Positions 40,457 through 51,041 are shown, numbered from the stretch's first letter. The stretch is 64,000 bases of DNA from Myxococcales bacterium (GCA_037445065.1 JBBILD010000014.1:29496-93495), one strand, 5' to 3'. Notes: generated by a model from the letters alone, not told the origin. A program made the numbers and translations.

Positions 40457-41689
40457 TCACGCTTCCCCGGTTGCGTCGAGATCCTTGCGCAACACCAGCA
40501 CTCGTTTCTTTCTCGCCGGGTCGTAGCCCTTCCATTTAGCGGGCGGGACCTGTGCCGGAGTTACCACTCGAAATCCCTCTCGCTCAAAAAAAGCGCGTGC
40601 CTGGGGGGCCACCGTGCATGCAAAGAGGTACTCGAGTCCCAGGGCTCGTGCGTCTGCCGTCACCCGAGCGAGCAACTTCCGCCCGATGCCCTCGCCCTTG
40701 AAACGAGTGATCGTGTAGAGAGCAACCACTTCCCCGGCTCGCTCCGGAGCGTACCGTTCGGTTTCGAGCGAGCAAAAACCAGCGAGATGGCCACCGCCAA
40801 TGGTTGCCCCGTAACCATGTACGAGAATTCGCGCCAATTCGGGTAAGGAGCGGGGCTTCAGGACCCCCTCGCGTTCCCCGCGGCGCAATAGGCGCTCCAC
40901 CTCCGCAAAGTCGTCGATGCTTAACCGCTTTACCGCGCAGTAATCGCTCAGCGTAAATAGCGTGCCCGAACCGAGGTAGGTGAACAGTTCGCGCTCCAAC
41001 CCGCTCAGATCACAGACGTTCACGGAGGCGGCGCCGCCGCTGAGAGCACGATGCGCAGAGGCAAAAATCGCCCGCCGTTCGCCGAGCCCGGCCCACTCCG
41101 CTTGCCCGGCGGCCATGAGGGTTTCGAGCAACGCGCCATCCATGAAAGACAAGACCTCTCCGCTGCGATCGCGGATTCCACCCGCCGCGTCCACAATCAC
41201 CCACTTGTGAACCCGCAGGCGCGCAGCCAACTCCTCGGCGAGAAGCACGAGCTGCTCTGTCTCGCCCACGGGAAAGAGCACGATCGAAAACGGCCGCTGG
41301 CGCAGCCGGAGCCAAACCCCAATCAGGAATTCCGTGGCAAGGGGCGCCGCAGCGGGGGCAAGTTGAACATTCCCGCTCTCCGCTGCTCGGTCCTGCAGAC
41401 CAGGTAAGTACTCCTCTCCCTCTGTTGTTTGCGGCCAGCGTGCGCGTAACTCCTGCACCACCAGCGGCACCCTGTCCCGCTCAACCCCGAGGCAAAGGAT
41501 CACGCGCGTTCCATTGGTGATGAGTTCGTCTACCACCCGCTGGAGCTCGAACCAACGGGTTTTTTCTTCCACCTCGCACCAGGAAAGTGAAAGTAGGAGG
41601 GTGCGGTTGCGGAACTCGTCGAGGTAAAATTGTTTTTCCTCCCCAAAGCCCCCCGGATCATTGCTGTGGAGCACAGCGCGACGCTGCAT
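40457..41689 (-). CDS. argA: Amino-acid N-acetyltransferase, ArgA-like (degenerate AAK domain plus GNAT)
   Basis: ELFTYLGSGTLF linker; GNAT with RFKGEGIG and FFEREGF. Confidence 0.7.
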   Translation of the reverse strand: MQRRAVLHSNDPGGFGEEKQFYLDEFRNRTLLLSLSWCEVEEKTRWFELQRVVDELITNGTRVILCLGVERDRVPLVVQELRARWPQTTEGEEYLPGLQDRAAESGNVQLAPAAAPLATEFLIGVWLRLRQRPFSIVLFPVGETEQLVLLAEELAARLRVHKWVIVDAAGGIRDRSGEVLSFMDGALLETLMAAGQAEWAGLGERRAIFASAHRALSGGAASVNVCDLSGLERELFTYLGSGTLFTLSDYCAVKRLSIDDFAEVERLLRRGEREGVLKPRSLPELARILVHGYGATIGGGHLAGFCSLETERYAPERAGEVVALYTITRFKGEGIGRKLLARVTADARALGLEYLFACTVAPQARAFFEREGFRVVTPAQVPPAKWKGYDPARKKRVLVLRKDLDATGEA

Positions 41690-42032
41690 GGCCTCGCAGT
41701 TATCACAAGCGCCTACGTTGGTCGCAAGTTCACCCGCGTCTCGCGCCTGCAAGAGATTTCCGTGGTCGTGGACGGCACGCCAACGCCAGCGGCTCGCCCC
41801 AACTCCGCCGTCCGGCGCCCCATGCAAACGACTCCCGTGAGCTCCGGGCAGGTGGCTCAACGGTGCCTCAGACTAAGCGTTCGATTCTCAAGGCTGCGAA
41901 AGCGGAGGCGACCCCGCTCCGAAAGGGCAGATATGTACTGGGTGACTTGTGAATCTTTGTGCAGAGCAAAGCCGCGGTGCAGAAGTTGCTTGGGGCTATG
42001 CCTTTTCAGAACCGCCCGAGCTTGGAGCGAAG

Positions 42033-43553
42033 GTGAAGAAAAGACGGAGTCCCTCCCGAACCCCCCGCGATGCGCCCTTGCCGCGAGGAAGCAGTGCGAC
42101 CCTGTTCGCAGCGTGGAGCGCACTGGAAGAAGCGTACCTCTTGGTGGACGCCAGCGGCCGTATCGTGCTCGTCAGCGGTGGGGCGCGGCGCTGGGTGCCC
42201 TCGGCGGACCGTGGGGTTAAGCTTGCTCAGGCAGGATGCGAGCGTGCCCCCTGGTTGGAAGCGAGGGGCGAGGAAGACCTTACCTGGGAGGGAACCATCC
42301 TCTGGCGTTTTCCCGATGGAGCGATCCGAGAGGTGGCGGCTCGGGCCCGGGGAGTCCGTGTGGGGCGTAGCTTGGGTTGGCTGATCGGCTTGAGCGACTC
42401 GAACGAAAACCGGGACAGTGGGCACGATCGGGAGCTCGTCGAGTGCCGCGAGCGCTTCGCCACCTTCATGCGCCATTTGCCGGGGGTGGCGTATATGAAG
42501 GACTTGGATGGCCGCTACGTGTTCGTGAGCGAGAGCTTCGAGCGCCACTTCGGTCATCCACCCGAGTTTTACCTCGGCCGTTTGGACAGAGACGTGTGGC
42601 CAGCGGAGGTGATCGAGGAACTGCGACAAAGCGACCGGCTGGTGGCTGAGAGCGGCAAGGTGGTGCAAACCACGGAGCGGGTTTCACAAGCGGACGGAGT
42701 GCATTACTGGCTGACCACCAAGTTCCCGATCTTCGACGAGCACGGCCGGGTTCGGCTGGTCGGGGGTGTAGCCGTGGACGTCACTGAGGAGAGACGCGCT
42801 GTTGAGCACTTGCGCGAACTCACGCGTGTCTCCCAGCAACGCGAGCGCCTTGCCGACGTGGGTGCGATCACCGCGCAGATCCTGCACGACCTGGCCAATC
42901 CCGTTGCCGGCCTTTCCATGCAGGTGCAGTTACTGATTCGCCGCGCGAGCCGCGATCCGCATCAGCCGGTGGCAAACCTATGGCCAGCTGCACGCCAGAT
43001 TCTGGCTGAGGCGCAACGACTGGATGCGCTCTTACGCGAGTTCAAGGACTTCACGCGCGAGCAGCGACTCGAATTGCAGCTCCTCGATCTGCGTGCCTTC
43101 CTCAGCGACTGTGTGACGCACTGGCGCCCTTTGGCGCGGGCAAGAGAAGTGGCGTTACATGCAGAGCTGGGCGAGTCGCTGCCTCCGGTACGCGCCGATG
43201 GCGACAAGTTGCGGCGCGTGCTCGATAATCTCATCCGCAACTCGCTCGAAGCCATTGATCGTGGACCCGGGCAAATTTGGCTGCGGTCCGCTCACACCCT
43301 GCCCGAATGGGTACGTATTTCCGTGCTCGATGACGGGCCTGGGATTCCACATTCGGTGGAGCCGTTTCGCCTTTTCGAGACGACCAAACCGTATGGCACC
43401 GGTCTCGGTTTGCCGATCGCTCAACAGATCGTGCAGGCTCATGGCGGTAAAATTTGGTTTGAGCGGCTCGATCCACGCGGCGCCGCGTTTCACCTGGAAT
43501 TGCTTTGCGCTGGACCTCCGCTCGACTGGGGTGGCCGGGGCACGGTGGCGTAA
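42033..43553 (+). CDS. Cytoplasmic PAS-domain sensor histidine kinase
   Basis: PAS (YMKDLDGRY...DVTE), HDLANP, NSLEA, DDGPG, GTGLGL; start codon uncertain. Confidence 0.88.
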   Translation: MKKRRSPSRTPRDAPLPRGSSATLFAAWSALEEAYLLVDASGRIVLVSGGARRWVPSADRGVKLAQAGCERAPWLEARGEEDLTWEGTILWRFPDGAIREVAARARGVRVGRSLGWLIGLSDSNENRDSGHDRELVECRERFATFMRHLPGVAYMKDLDGRYVFVSESFERHFGHPPEFYLGRLDRDVWPAEVIEELRQSDRLVAESGKVVQTTERVSQADGVHYWLTTKFPIFDEHGRVRLVGGVAVDVTEERRAVEHLRELTRVSQQRERLADVGAITAQILHDLANPVAGLSMQVQLLIRRASRDPHQPVANLWPAARQILAEAQRLDALLREFKDFTREQRLELQLLDLRAFLSDCVTHWRPLARAREVALHAELGESLPPVRADGDKLRRVLDNLIRNSLEAIDRGPGQIWLRSAHTLPEWVRISVLDDGPGIPHSVEPFRLFETTKPYGTGLGLPIAQQIVQAHGGKIWFERLDPRGAAFHLELLCAGPPLDWGGRGTVA

Positions 43554-43593
43554 AGCCGTTGACCGTCTCTTGCCCGCTGCCTCGCTTGAGCCC

Positions 43594-44598
43594 TCAACTG
43601 AGTTCCAGCATGCGACGCAACGACCGTTCCGCCGCGGCGCGTGTCTCTTCGTCCAGCACGACCTCGTAGCGCGTGTGCTCGAGCGCCTGCAGGGTGGCAT
43701 CGAGGGTGATCATCTTCATGAACTGGCAGAGTTTACAAGCTTTGTAGAATTTCTTTTCGGGTACCTCGAGCAACAATCGGTCCGAGAGCCCGCACTCGGT
43801 CACCACCACGAACTCGGTTGCCTCGCTGCGCCGGGCATAGTCTACCATCCCGCTTGTACTGAGAACCGCGTCGGCCAGAGCAATCACGTCCGCTCGGCAT
43901 TCAGGGTGCACCAAAACCCGTGCCGCCGGCAGGGCTTCTTTGATGCGCTGGATATGTTCGGGGGTAATTTGGTGGTGGACGTAACAGTCGCCGTCCCAGG
44001 TCACGATGGTCTTGTGCGTGTTCCGCTGCACGTACTCGCCGAGGTGGCGATCGGGAATGAACAAGATGTGCTCGGTAGGTAGAGCGTTGACGATTTTGAC
44101 GGCGTTGGACGATGTGCAGCACACGTCCACCACGGCTTTGACCGCAGCCGTAGTGTTTACGTACGCAACCACCGCCAGGTCGGGATAAATGGAGCGCAGT
44201 TCCTCACGGCGCTCCACCACTTCCTCGGCAGTCACGCTATCTGCAAGGGAACAGCCGGCCCGCAGGTCGGGTAGAAGAACGGTTTTTGTCGGATTGAGAA
44301 TCTTGGCTGTCTCGGCCATGAAGTGGACGCCGCAAAACACGATCACCTCGGCATCCACGCTGGCAGCTTTCCGGGCCAACTCGAGGGAGTCACCGACGAA
44401 GTCTGCCACTTCGAAAATTTCGGGTCGCTGGTAGTTGTGCGCCAGTACGATGGCATTGCGGCGGCGCTTCCACTCGCGGATTTGCAAAATGGTCCGCGTA
44501 AGATGGCGGCACGTTTCAGCGTCGTATTCTTGCGGCATACCGAGCGCGGCAAAACGCTGGCGCAAGGCTTCGGCTGTGAGCTCCTGCGAAGGGTTCAT
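43594..44598 (-). CDS. nadA: Quinolinate synthase
   Basis: LAHNYQ, GDSL, FCGVHFMAE, AGCSLA, YVNT, CYVH, HPEC, CQFMK. Confidence 0.96.
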   Translation of the reverse strand: MNPSQELTAEALRQRFAALGMPQEYDAETCRHLTRTILQIREWKRRRNAIVLAHNYQRPEIFEVADFVGDSLELARKAASVDAEVIVFCGVHFMAETAKILNPTKTVLLPDLRAGCSLADSVTAEEVVERREELRSIYPDLAVVAYVNTTAAVKAVVDVCCTSSNAVKIVNALPTEHILFIPDRHLGEYVQRNTHKTIVTWDGDCYVHHQITPEHIQRIKEALPAARVLVHPECRADVIALADAVLSTSGMVDYARRSEATEFVVVTECGLSDRLLLEVPEKKFYKACKLCQFMKMITLDATLQALEHTRYEVVLDEETRAAAERSLRRMLELS

Positions 44599-44639
44599 GG
44601 TCAGTTGGCTTCTACACCTTGCACGAGGCTGTCGGTGGT

Positions 44640-45545
44640 TCAACCGCGCTGAACGAGCGGTTTAGAAGAAAGCAGCTCGTGCAAAATTTTTCGCGCGGGA
44701 AATGGGCGAGAACGCCGCCGAGCCGCCGGTAGTGAGCACACCACGACCGTTTCGTACGTCCACCATGGGAAGAGGTGCGAAAGGAACGATTCTATCCGGC
44801 ACAGCCAGGCTAAAGCCCGGCGGCGTTCGAGCTGGGAACCCGCACGTCGCAGCAGGGCGTACGGCCACCGCCAAGGATGCCGTTGCAGCCAGGCGTAACG
44901 TTCGGTTGCTCGCACGTCGTCTTCGGCAGCGAGCGGGTAGAATGGGCGGGCGAAGTAACTGAGACTACCGCACAAGCGGGCGCTGGTTCCAAAGACCCAT
45001 TGCATCTCGCGGCGGGAGAGAAGACTCAGGTGTCCGTGCGGGGTTTGATTCGAGTCTTTTTTCTCTCCCCGGCGTGCGTGCGGCAGACCCAAGATTACTA
45101 GGCAGCGCGCCACGCGGCACAGTTCGGCAAAGGCCGGCTCGACCCGTGGCAGGTGTTCGAGAGTGTTCAAGCTTACGGCAACATCCACGCTTTGGTCCGC
45201 AAAGGGCAAGTGTACCGCCTCCCCGCAGACGACGGGCAGGTTGATTCTGGCCGCACGCCGGCAGGCAGCCACGGCGAGGTCGAGTCCGATCACCTCTGCT
45301 CCAAAAACGCGCTGGATCATGCCCGCTAGGAAGCCCTCACCGGTGCCTACGTCGAGACAAGTTCGAAACTCGTAACGGGCTAGATGCTGGAGCACGAAGA
45401 AGACGTGGGCGTAGGTCCCGAGGAAGCGCGCGCAAGGTTCGAAGCCGTGCACCGGTGAGTGCGGGCGGTACTCGCCAAAGCCGGGCGGCGGGCCAGTGTA
45501 GATTTGTTCGAGCCACTGACGAGTACGGCGAGTGTATTCGTCCAT
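44640..45545 (-). CDS. Class I SAM-dependent methyltransferase
   Basis: LDVGTGEG, LPFADQSVD, LEHL. Confidence 0.85.
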   Translation of the reverse strand: MDEYTRRTRQWLEQIYTGPPPGFGEYRPHSPVHGFEPCARFLGTYAHVFFVLQHLARYEFRTCLDVGTGEGFLAGMIQRVFGAEVIGLDLAVAACRRAARINLPVVCGEAVHLPFADQSVDVAVSLNTLEHLPRVEPAFAELCRVARCLVILGLPHARRGEKKDSNQTPHGHLSLLSRREMQWVFGTSARLCGSLSYFARPFYPLAAEDDVRATERYAWLQRHPWRWPYALLRRAGSQLERRRALAWLCRIESFLSHLFPWWTYETVVVCSLPAARRRSRPFPARKILHELLSSKPLVQRG

Positions 45546-45585
45546 TGCGCGCGCCTTGCCGGCTATCGCGAGCGCAACCGGTGTT

Positions 45586-47487
45586 TCAAGGGCCCACGCG
45601 AATCATCAGCGCCGCGGGGGGACCGAGAGTTCCCGAGGTGTCCGCCACGCGCACAGTGACGAGGGTGTCGCCAGGCGGAAAGAGCATGGGAACGTCTACA
45701 AACCCGCAGAACTGCACTGTGGAATCTGAGCGCGCGAAGTCGAAGCCCCCGTCCGGCTTGAGAATGCAGGCGTCGTTGCGATTGCGACCGCGGGGTTGAC
45801 CAGCACCGTCGAGGAAGCGGCACCCAATGTCGTTCATGGCGGCCACGACTTCTGGGGCGTCAGTGAATTGGGGTGGGTCGATGCCGGGCACGCCGCCAGC
45901 GTTCGGAGGCAGGCGGTCGCACACCGCGCTGGAGCCGTCGCCGAGAGCACGGGAGACGAGCATTTGCAACGCAGGCCGCCCGCCTTCGCGAAACGTCTCG
46001 GTTCCCACCGGCCGCCCGTTACTCCCTGGCTTCGCTTCAATGACGAGAGAAAAACCTGCGCCTGCCGGGCGCTGATAGAGTGGAATCCCCGCCGCCGTTG
46101 TGCCGCTCGCGGAAGTGAGCGTGTCGTCCGCCCGTGTGAGCCCGAAAAAGGTGATCTGCGGCCCATCAGCAGCGCCCGCCACAGCCGTGCTCGTGGCAGT
46201 GCTCGTCGGAAGGGCTGTCCGCGTTGGTGTTCTCGTCGAGGTGCGAGTGGCACTGGCGGTTGAGGGGATAGGGGTGAAAGTCGGTGCGAGGGTACGCGTG
46301 CGCGACGGAGTCAGGGTTGGCGTCGGCGACGGCACTGTGGTGGCCAGAGTGGGTGCGGTGCTGCGCGTCGGGGACGGCGTGACCGTCGGCGCAGGTCGCG
46401 TGGCCGTTCGTGTCGGCGTCGCCGAGGCTATGCGGGGTGCCGTCCGGGTTGCACTGGCGGTTGGCGATGTTTCGCTCCCTGCCGTACGCGTTCCGCTTGG
46501 GCTCGAAGGCGCAGGAGAGGTGGGCGGAACCGGGGCAGTGAACGTGCGCGTAGGTGCAATCGTCACCGTCCGCGTGGGCGTCGGGGACGCGGGTATGGTG
46601 CGGCTTGCTGTCGGAGATGCGGGCCGCGTAGGGCTGGGCGACAGGGTGGGCGGTTGGGAGCCCACTTGCACGACGATGGACTCGATCGGTCCCAGGTTGC
46701 CAGAGAGATCGCGCAAACGCACTGCCACAATGGTCTCACCCGGAAGAAAAGCCAGGCTGCGCGAAATGGTGGCGCAATATTGGATTTGCGAGCCGTGCCC
46801 TGCAAAGGCGGCCCTTCCGAACGGATCGAGTGTGCAACTTCCTTGTCCAGAAAGGGTAAAGTTGCAGCCGAGGTCGTTGATCGCGCTGGAGACTCGGATG
46901 CCGGGAGCAAAATCCGGTGGGTCGATCCCCGGGACTCCGCCATTGCAAACTTCGGGACTTCCATCTCCGAGGGGGCGGTGCACGAGCACCTGCAAGTCTG
47001 GCCGCTGCTCCGGCCGGCGAGGGTCGAAAGCGAAGACGGTCGAGCCTGGGCGGTTTCCATTGCGCCCGGGACGGCCCTCGACGACGAGCTGGAAGCCTGA
47101 GCCGACCGGACGCCAAAACACTGCCCGGCCTCCTACAAATCCAGTCGGGACCAGGGCTTGGCCGTCTGGAGTGGCGAGCCCGAGGTACGAGACCACCGGC
47201 CCCTCCGCAGGGGGAGCAAAAATGCGGAGCACGGCGGTGAAGTCAGCGCTGCTCCAACGGCCGTCCTGGTTGGCATCGGCTCCCCCGCACTCCGGTACGG
47301 GCTCGCGTTCGAAGAGCACCGCCGTGAGAGCTGCGAGGTCGGCCGCGCCGACCGTGCCATCACAGTCGGCATCTCCGACCAGGGGCTGCGCGTGACTCGA
47401 GGCGACAAACCCGCCGGTGATCGCGGCAAACAGTACCCATGCAAGCGTCGCCCTTCGTCCCCGACCGTAAGCCACACCCAGCCGCAT
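45586..47487 (-). CDS. Secreted protein with a dockerin/EF-hand-like pair and two copies of an unrecognised Cys domain separated by a Thr/Pro linker
   Basis: Signal peptide; GDADCDGTVGAADL and DANQDGRWSSADF; duplicated LGDGS..VC...GGVPGIDPP.F...ND.GC.F domain. Confidence 0.8.
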   Translation of the reverse strand: MRLGVAYGRGRRATLAWVLFAAITGGFVASSHAQPLVGDADCDGTVGAADLAALTAVLFEREPVPECGGADANQDGRWSSADFTAVLRIFAPPAEGPVVSYLGLATPDGQALVPTGFVGGRAVFWRPVGSGFQLVVEGRPGRNGNRPGSTVFAFDPRRPEQRPDLQVLVHRPLGDGSPEVCNGGVPGIDPPDFAPGIRVSSAINDLGCNFTLSGQGSCTLDPFGRAAFAGHGSQIQYCATISRSLAFLPGETIVAVRLRDLSGNLGPIESIVVQVGSQPPTLSPSPTRPASPTASRTIPASPTPTRTVTIAPTRTFTAPVPPTSPAPSSPSGTRTAGSETSPTASATRTAPRIASATPTRTATRPAPTVTPSPTRSTAPTLATTVPSPTPTLTPSRTRTLAPTFTPIPSTASATRTSTRTPTRTALPTSTATSTAVAGAADGPQITFFGLTRADDTLTSASGTTAAGIPLYQRPAGAGFSLVIEAKPGSNGRPVGTETFREGGRPALQMLVSRALGDGSSAVCDRLPPNAGGVPGIDPPQFTDAPEVVAAMNDIGCRFLDGAGQPRGRNRNDACILKPDGGFDFARSDSTVQFCGFVDVPMLFPPGDTLVTVRVADTSGTLGPPAALMIRVGP

Positions 47488-47769
47488 GTGCGGGCCGCAG
47501 TGTACTGTGGTGAGAACAACGGGAGCAATATGCTTCTTCGTTTTCCGCTTGTGGGCCGGGTACGCGAGCGTGGAAGCGGCAGTGCTGCACGACCGCACAG
47601 CGCTGCACGGCAGGACGAGAATGCGGGCAAGGCCGGTGGCGTGTTGGCTGAGTGGGGGCCGCCAGAGGGGAGAGCCCCGTCTTGCTTCGCGGCGGCACTC
47701 TCGTAACATGCCAAACGCGACGGGGTAGCGAGCGGCTGCCCTGTCCTAGTTTTTTCTTGGAGGAGAAGC

Positions 47770-48999
47770 GTGAGCCAATATAGAAGCATGTCTGAAGAAG
47801 AACTGCGCGAGCGGGTGCGCCGTCTGAAAGCCGAGGTGCACCCAGACCAAACCGACATGTTCACCTTTCGCGGGGCCCAGTATGATCATGGCTTGGCATG
47901 GGTGCATTTTCCGGAGGGCTACGGCGGATTGGGCATCAACCCGAAGATGCAGGCCATCGTGAACGATGAGCTGAGGAAGGATGTACGCACCGTTTACGAT
48001 GACCTGATGATCAATCCAATCGGCATCGGGATGGGCGCGCCGACGCTCATGACTTATGGTTCCGAGGAACTCAAACGCGCCCTTTTGCGCAAGTGCTTCA
48101 CCGGGGAAGAAATTTGGTGCCAGTTGTTCAGCGAGCCGGGGGCCGGTTCCGACGTGGCCGGGCTGGCCACCCGTGCGGTGCGTGACGGGGACGACTGGGT
48201 GGTCAACGGCCAGAAGGTGTGGACCACGCTTGCCCACGTTGCCAAGTGGGGCCTGCTCGTTGCCCGAACGAACCCGGACGTGCCGAAACATGAGGGTCTG
48301 TCCTACTTCCTGCTTGATATGCACTCACCTGGGGTCGAAGTGCGACCTCTTTACCAGATCACGGGCGAGGCAGAATTCAATGAGGTGTTCCTCAACGATG
48401 TGCGCATCCCCCACCGCTACATGCTCGGGCAAGAAGGTCAGGGTTGGCAGGTGGCGATCACCACACTGATGAATGAGCGTACCGCCCTGGGCGGCGGCGC
48501 TGGGCAACGCGGTGGCGGGCCGATTGCCGTGCTGTTGCAGCTTTGGAGTGCCCGCGCTGCGGGCAGCCACTCGCCCGGCGAAGAGGCAGTTTTGCGCGAC
48601 CGAATCGCCCGTTTGTACATCGAATCCGAACTCCTGCGCCTGACGAGCTTGCGCGCCCGCGCCATGATGCGGGCCGGGAACCCTGGTCCGGAAGGTTCTG
48701 TCGGCAAGCTGGCGCAGGCCGAGCTGTACAAGAAGATCTGGGAGTGCGCGATGGACGTTCTTGGGGACAACGCGCTTGTGTACGAGCCGGGTTACGAGCT
48801 GCGGCGCCCGGCGGCGGAGGAGCGGCGCGACAAGGTCTTGCTCGCGAAGTACCAGTTCCTGCGTTCGCGCGCCAATTCGATCGAAGGGGGCACTTCCGAG
48901 ATCATGCGCAACATTTTGGGCGAGCGGGTGCTTGGTTTGCCGGGCGAGCCACGAAGCGACAAGGGGATTCCGTGGAAAGACATTCCGCGGGGTGGCTGA
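47770..48999 (+). CDS. Acyl-CoA dehydrogenase (catalytic subunit)
   Basis: WCQLFSEPGAGSD, NGQKVWTT, SIEGGTSEIMRN. Confidence 0.93.
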   Translation: MSQYRSMSEEELRERVRRLKAEVHPDQTDMFTFRGAQYDHGLAWVHFPEGYGGLGINPKMQAIVNDELRKDVRTVYDDLMINPIGIGMGAPTLMTYGSEELKRALLRKCFTGEEIWCQLFSEPGAGSDVAGLATRAVRDGDDWVVNGQKVWTTLAHVAKWGLLVARTNPDVPKHEGLSYFLLDMHSPGVEVRPLYQITGEAEFNEVFLNDVRIPHRYMLGQEGQGWQVAITTLMNERTALGGGAGQRGGGPIAVLLQLWSARAAGSHSPGEEAVLRDRIARLYIESELLRLTSLRARAMMRAGNPGPEGSVGKLAQAELYKKIWECAMDVLGDNALVYEPGYELRRPAAEERRDKVLLAKYQFLRSRANSIEGGTSEIMRNILGERVLGLPGEPRSDKGIPWKDIPRGG

Positions 49000-49041
49000 T
49001 TGCCCGACCGCAGATTCCGAACGATTCGAGGAGATTGGACG

Positions 49042-50160
49042 ATGGACTTTGCTTTTACACCCGAACATGAGGAACTCCGGCAAACGATTCGCCGGTTTTT
49101 GCAAGACCGTTCGCCGGAAGCGGTTGTGCGCCGTACCATGGTGACGGAACAAGGATACGAGCGAGACACATGGCAAGCGATGGCCGAGCAGTTGGGACTG
49201 CCCGGCTTGCTGGTGCCCGACCACCTTGGTGGCACGGGTTTAGGCGCAGTGGAGCTGGCTATTGCCTTCGAAGAAATGGGTCGAGCCTTGCTCTGCGCGC
49301 CGATGCTTTCCACGGCTGTTTTGGCTGTGTCGGCGTTGCGAGAAGCTGCGCGCACCGAGGTCCAAGAAGAACTCTTGCCTGCGCTGGCCACCGGCCAGAA
49401 AACGGCCGCCCTCGCTTGGGCCGAGCCTGGCAACGTGTGGGAGCCGCAACAAATCCGCATGAAGGCAGCGCGCGCCGGGAAAGGTTGGACGCTGAGCGGC
49501 GAGAAGGTCGCTGTGATCGATGGACACACGGCGGATGAACTCCTCGTGGTCGCCAGAGCAGGGAAGGCGCTTTCTCTGTTCCGGGTTGCTGGGGAGGCCG
49601 ATGGCGTGCAGCGAGCACTTTTGCCGACGTTGGATCTGACCCGCAAACTCGCTCGCGTCACCTTCACAAAGGCTCGTGCCGAGCAGATCGCCGCGAGCGA
49701 AGACGTCAGCGAGGCGTTGGCCCGGGTCTTTTACTTGGCGTTGATTGCCCTGGCGGCGGAACAGACGGGTGGGGCCCAATACTGCTTGGAGATGTCTACG
49801 CAACACGCCAAGACTCGCTGGCAATTTGGCCGCCCCATCGGCTCTTTCCAGGCGATCAAACATCGCTGTGCGGACATGCTCGTGGCCGTAGAGTTCGCCA
49901 AATCGGCGGCGTACCATGCCGCTTTCCGTGCCGCCGAGCAGGACGCCGCAGAACTGCCAGTAGCGGCCCGCATGGCTAAGGCGTACTGCTCGGAAGCGTT
50001 CTTTCAAGTCGCCAACGACACGATCCAAGTCCACGGCGGCATGGGCTTTACCTGGGAACATCCGGCACACTTGTACTTCAAGCGGGCGAAGAGCAGCGCT
50101 TTGCTGTTCGGGGATCCGATCCACCACCGTGAGCGCTTGGCGGCGCTGATCGGAGTCTGA
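49042..50160 (+). CDS. Acyl-CoA dehydrogenase (probable non-catalytic partner subunit)
   Basis: QFGRPIGSFQAIKH, HGGMGFTWE; LLFGDP lacks the C-terminal catalytic Glu. Confidence 0.9.
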   Translation: MDFAFTPEHEELRQTIRRFLQDRSPEAVVRRTMVTEQGYERDTWQAMAEQLGLPGLLVPDHLGGTGLGAVELAIAFEEMGRALLCAPMLSTAVLAVSALREAARTEVQEELLPALATGQKTAALAWAEPGNVWEPQQIRMKAARAGKGWTLSGEKVAVIDGHTADELLVVARAGKALSLFRVAGEADGVQRALLPTLDLTRKLARVTFTKARAEQIAASEDVSEALARVFYLALIALAAEQTGGAQYCLEMSTQHAKTRWQFGRPIGSFQAIKHRCADMLVAVEFAKSAAYHAAFRAAEQDAAELPVAARMAKAYCSEAFFQVANDTIQVHGGMGFTWEHPAHLYFKRAKSSALLFGDPIHHRERLAALIGV

Positions 50161-50171
50161 GGGTCTGTTAA

Positions 50172-50213
50172 ACGCGCCGCGCTCAGAAGCGACCCAGCTC
50201 GAGCGCGGCGCGT
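50172..50213. terminator. Hairpin between convergent genes (probable terminator)
   Basis: Perfect 13-bp inverted repeat ACGCGCCGCGCTC/GAGCGCGGCGCGT with a 16-nt loop, overlapping the TauE stop codon. Confidence 0.55.
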
Positions 50214-50938
50214 ACTAGGCCTGCGAGACCGAGCAACGCCAGGAGCCCGATGGCAACGATCCGGTAGCGCCGCGCCTCGGGCCGCCGCGTGAACAGGTGC
50301 TCACCCAGGGCGACACCGGCCCAAGCCGGCACCAGCCAAGTCACACCGTGCAGCACCGTGGTGCGGTGAAATAAGCCGGCCGCGTGCGCGGCGAACAGAG
50401 AGAACACGTCGACAACCGAGAAAAAGGCGATCAGGGATGCACGCGAGACCTCGGGTGCGAGCGCCGAGCCGAGATAGTACACAATGACCGGCGGCCCGCC
50501 GATCGCCGCACTGGAGTTGAGTAGGCCGGCGAGTGCTCCGGTTGCAAAAGTGACGATGGAACCCGGACGGCGCTTGAGCGTCCAACCACGGGCGAGCATC
50601 CACGCGGCTCCGCACACGATCGCGGAGACCCACAGCCGCATCACGGCGGCCGGGGCGAGAGCGAGGAGCGAGGCTCCGGGCAAAGTGCCCAGCGCTGCCC
50701 CCAACACGAGCCGGCGGAACGATTGCCAATGGATGTGGCGCCAGGCCTTGGGAAGCAACTGCAAGGAAGCGACGAGTTCCAGGACGAGGACCGCCGGTAC
50801 CACGTCTGCCGGCGAACGCAGCAACGACAATCCGGTGACCGCCACCATGGCAAAGCCGAAGCCGCTGAAACCGCGCACCGCTCCGGCAACGAATAGGACG
50901 AGCCAGTCGGCAGCGATCTGAACGGGAGCCAGCTCCAT
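50183..50938 (-). CDS. Sulfite exporter TauE/SafE family protein
   Basis: GAVRGFSGFGFAMV, GLLNSSAAIGGPP, ~8 TM segments. Confidence 0.88.
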   Translation of the reverse strand: MELAPVQIAADWLVLFVAGAVRGFSGFGFAMVAVTGLSLLRSPADVVPAVLVLELVASLQLLPKAWRHIHWQSFRRLVLGAALGTLPGASLLALAPAAVMRLWVSAIVCGAAWMLARGWTLKRRPGSIVTFATGALAGLLNSSAAIGGPPVIVYYLGSALAPEVSRASLIAFFSVVDVFSLFAAHAAGLFHRTTVLHGVTWLVPAWAGVALGEHLFTRRPEARRYRIVAIGLLALLGLAGLVRAALELGRF

Positions 50939-50981
50939 GTCGGTGACTCGGCGCCGGGTTCGAACCGAGGCCAAGGGAAAG

Positions 50982-51019
50982 AAAAAAAAGAGGCGCGCCC
51001 ACTTCCTGCAGGCGCGCCT
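50982..51019 (-). terminator. Rho-independent terminator
   Basis: Minus strand AGGCGCGCC-loop-GGCGCGCCT followed by a T tract, just after the beta-barrel gene. Confidence 0.8.
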
Positions 51020-51041
51020 GCTGACCACTGACGAACGCCGC

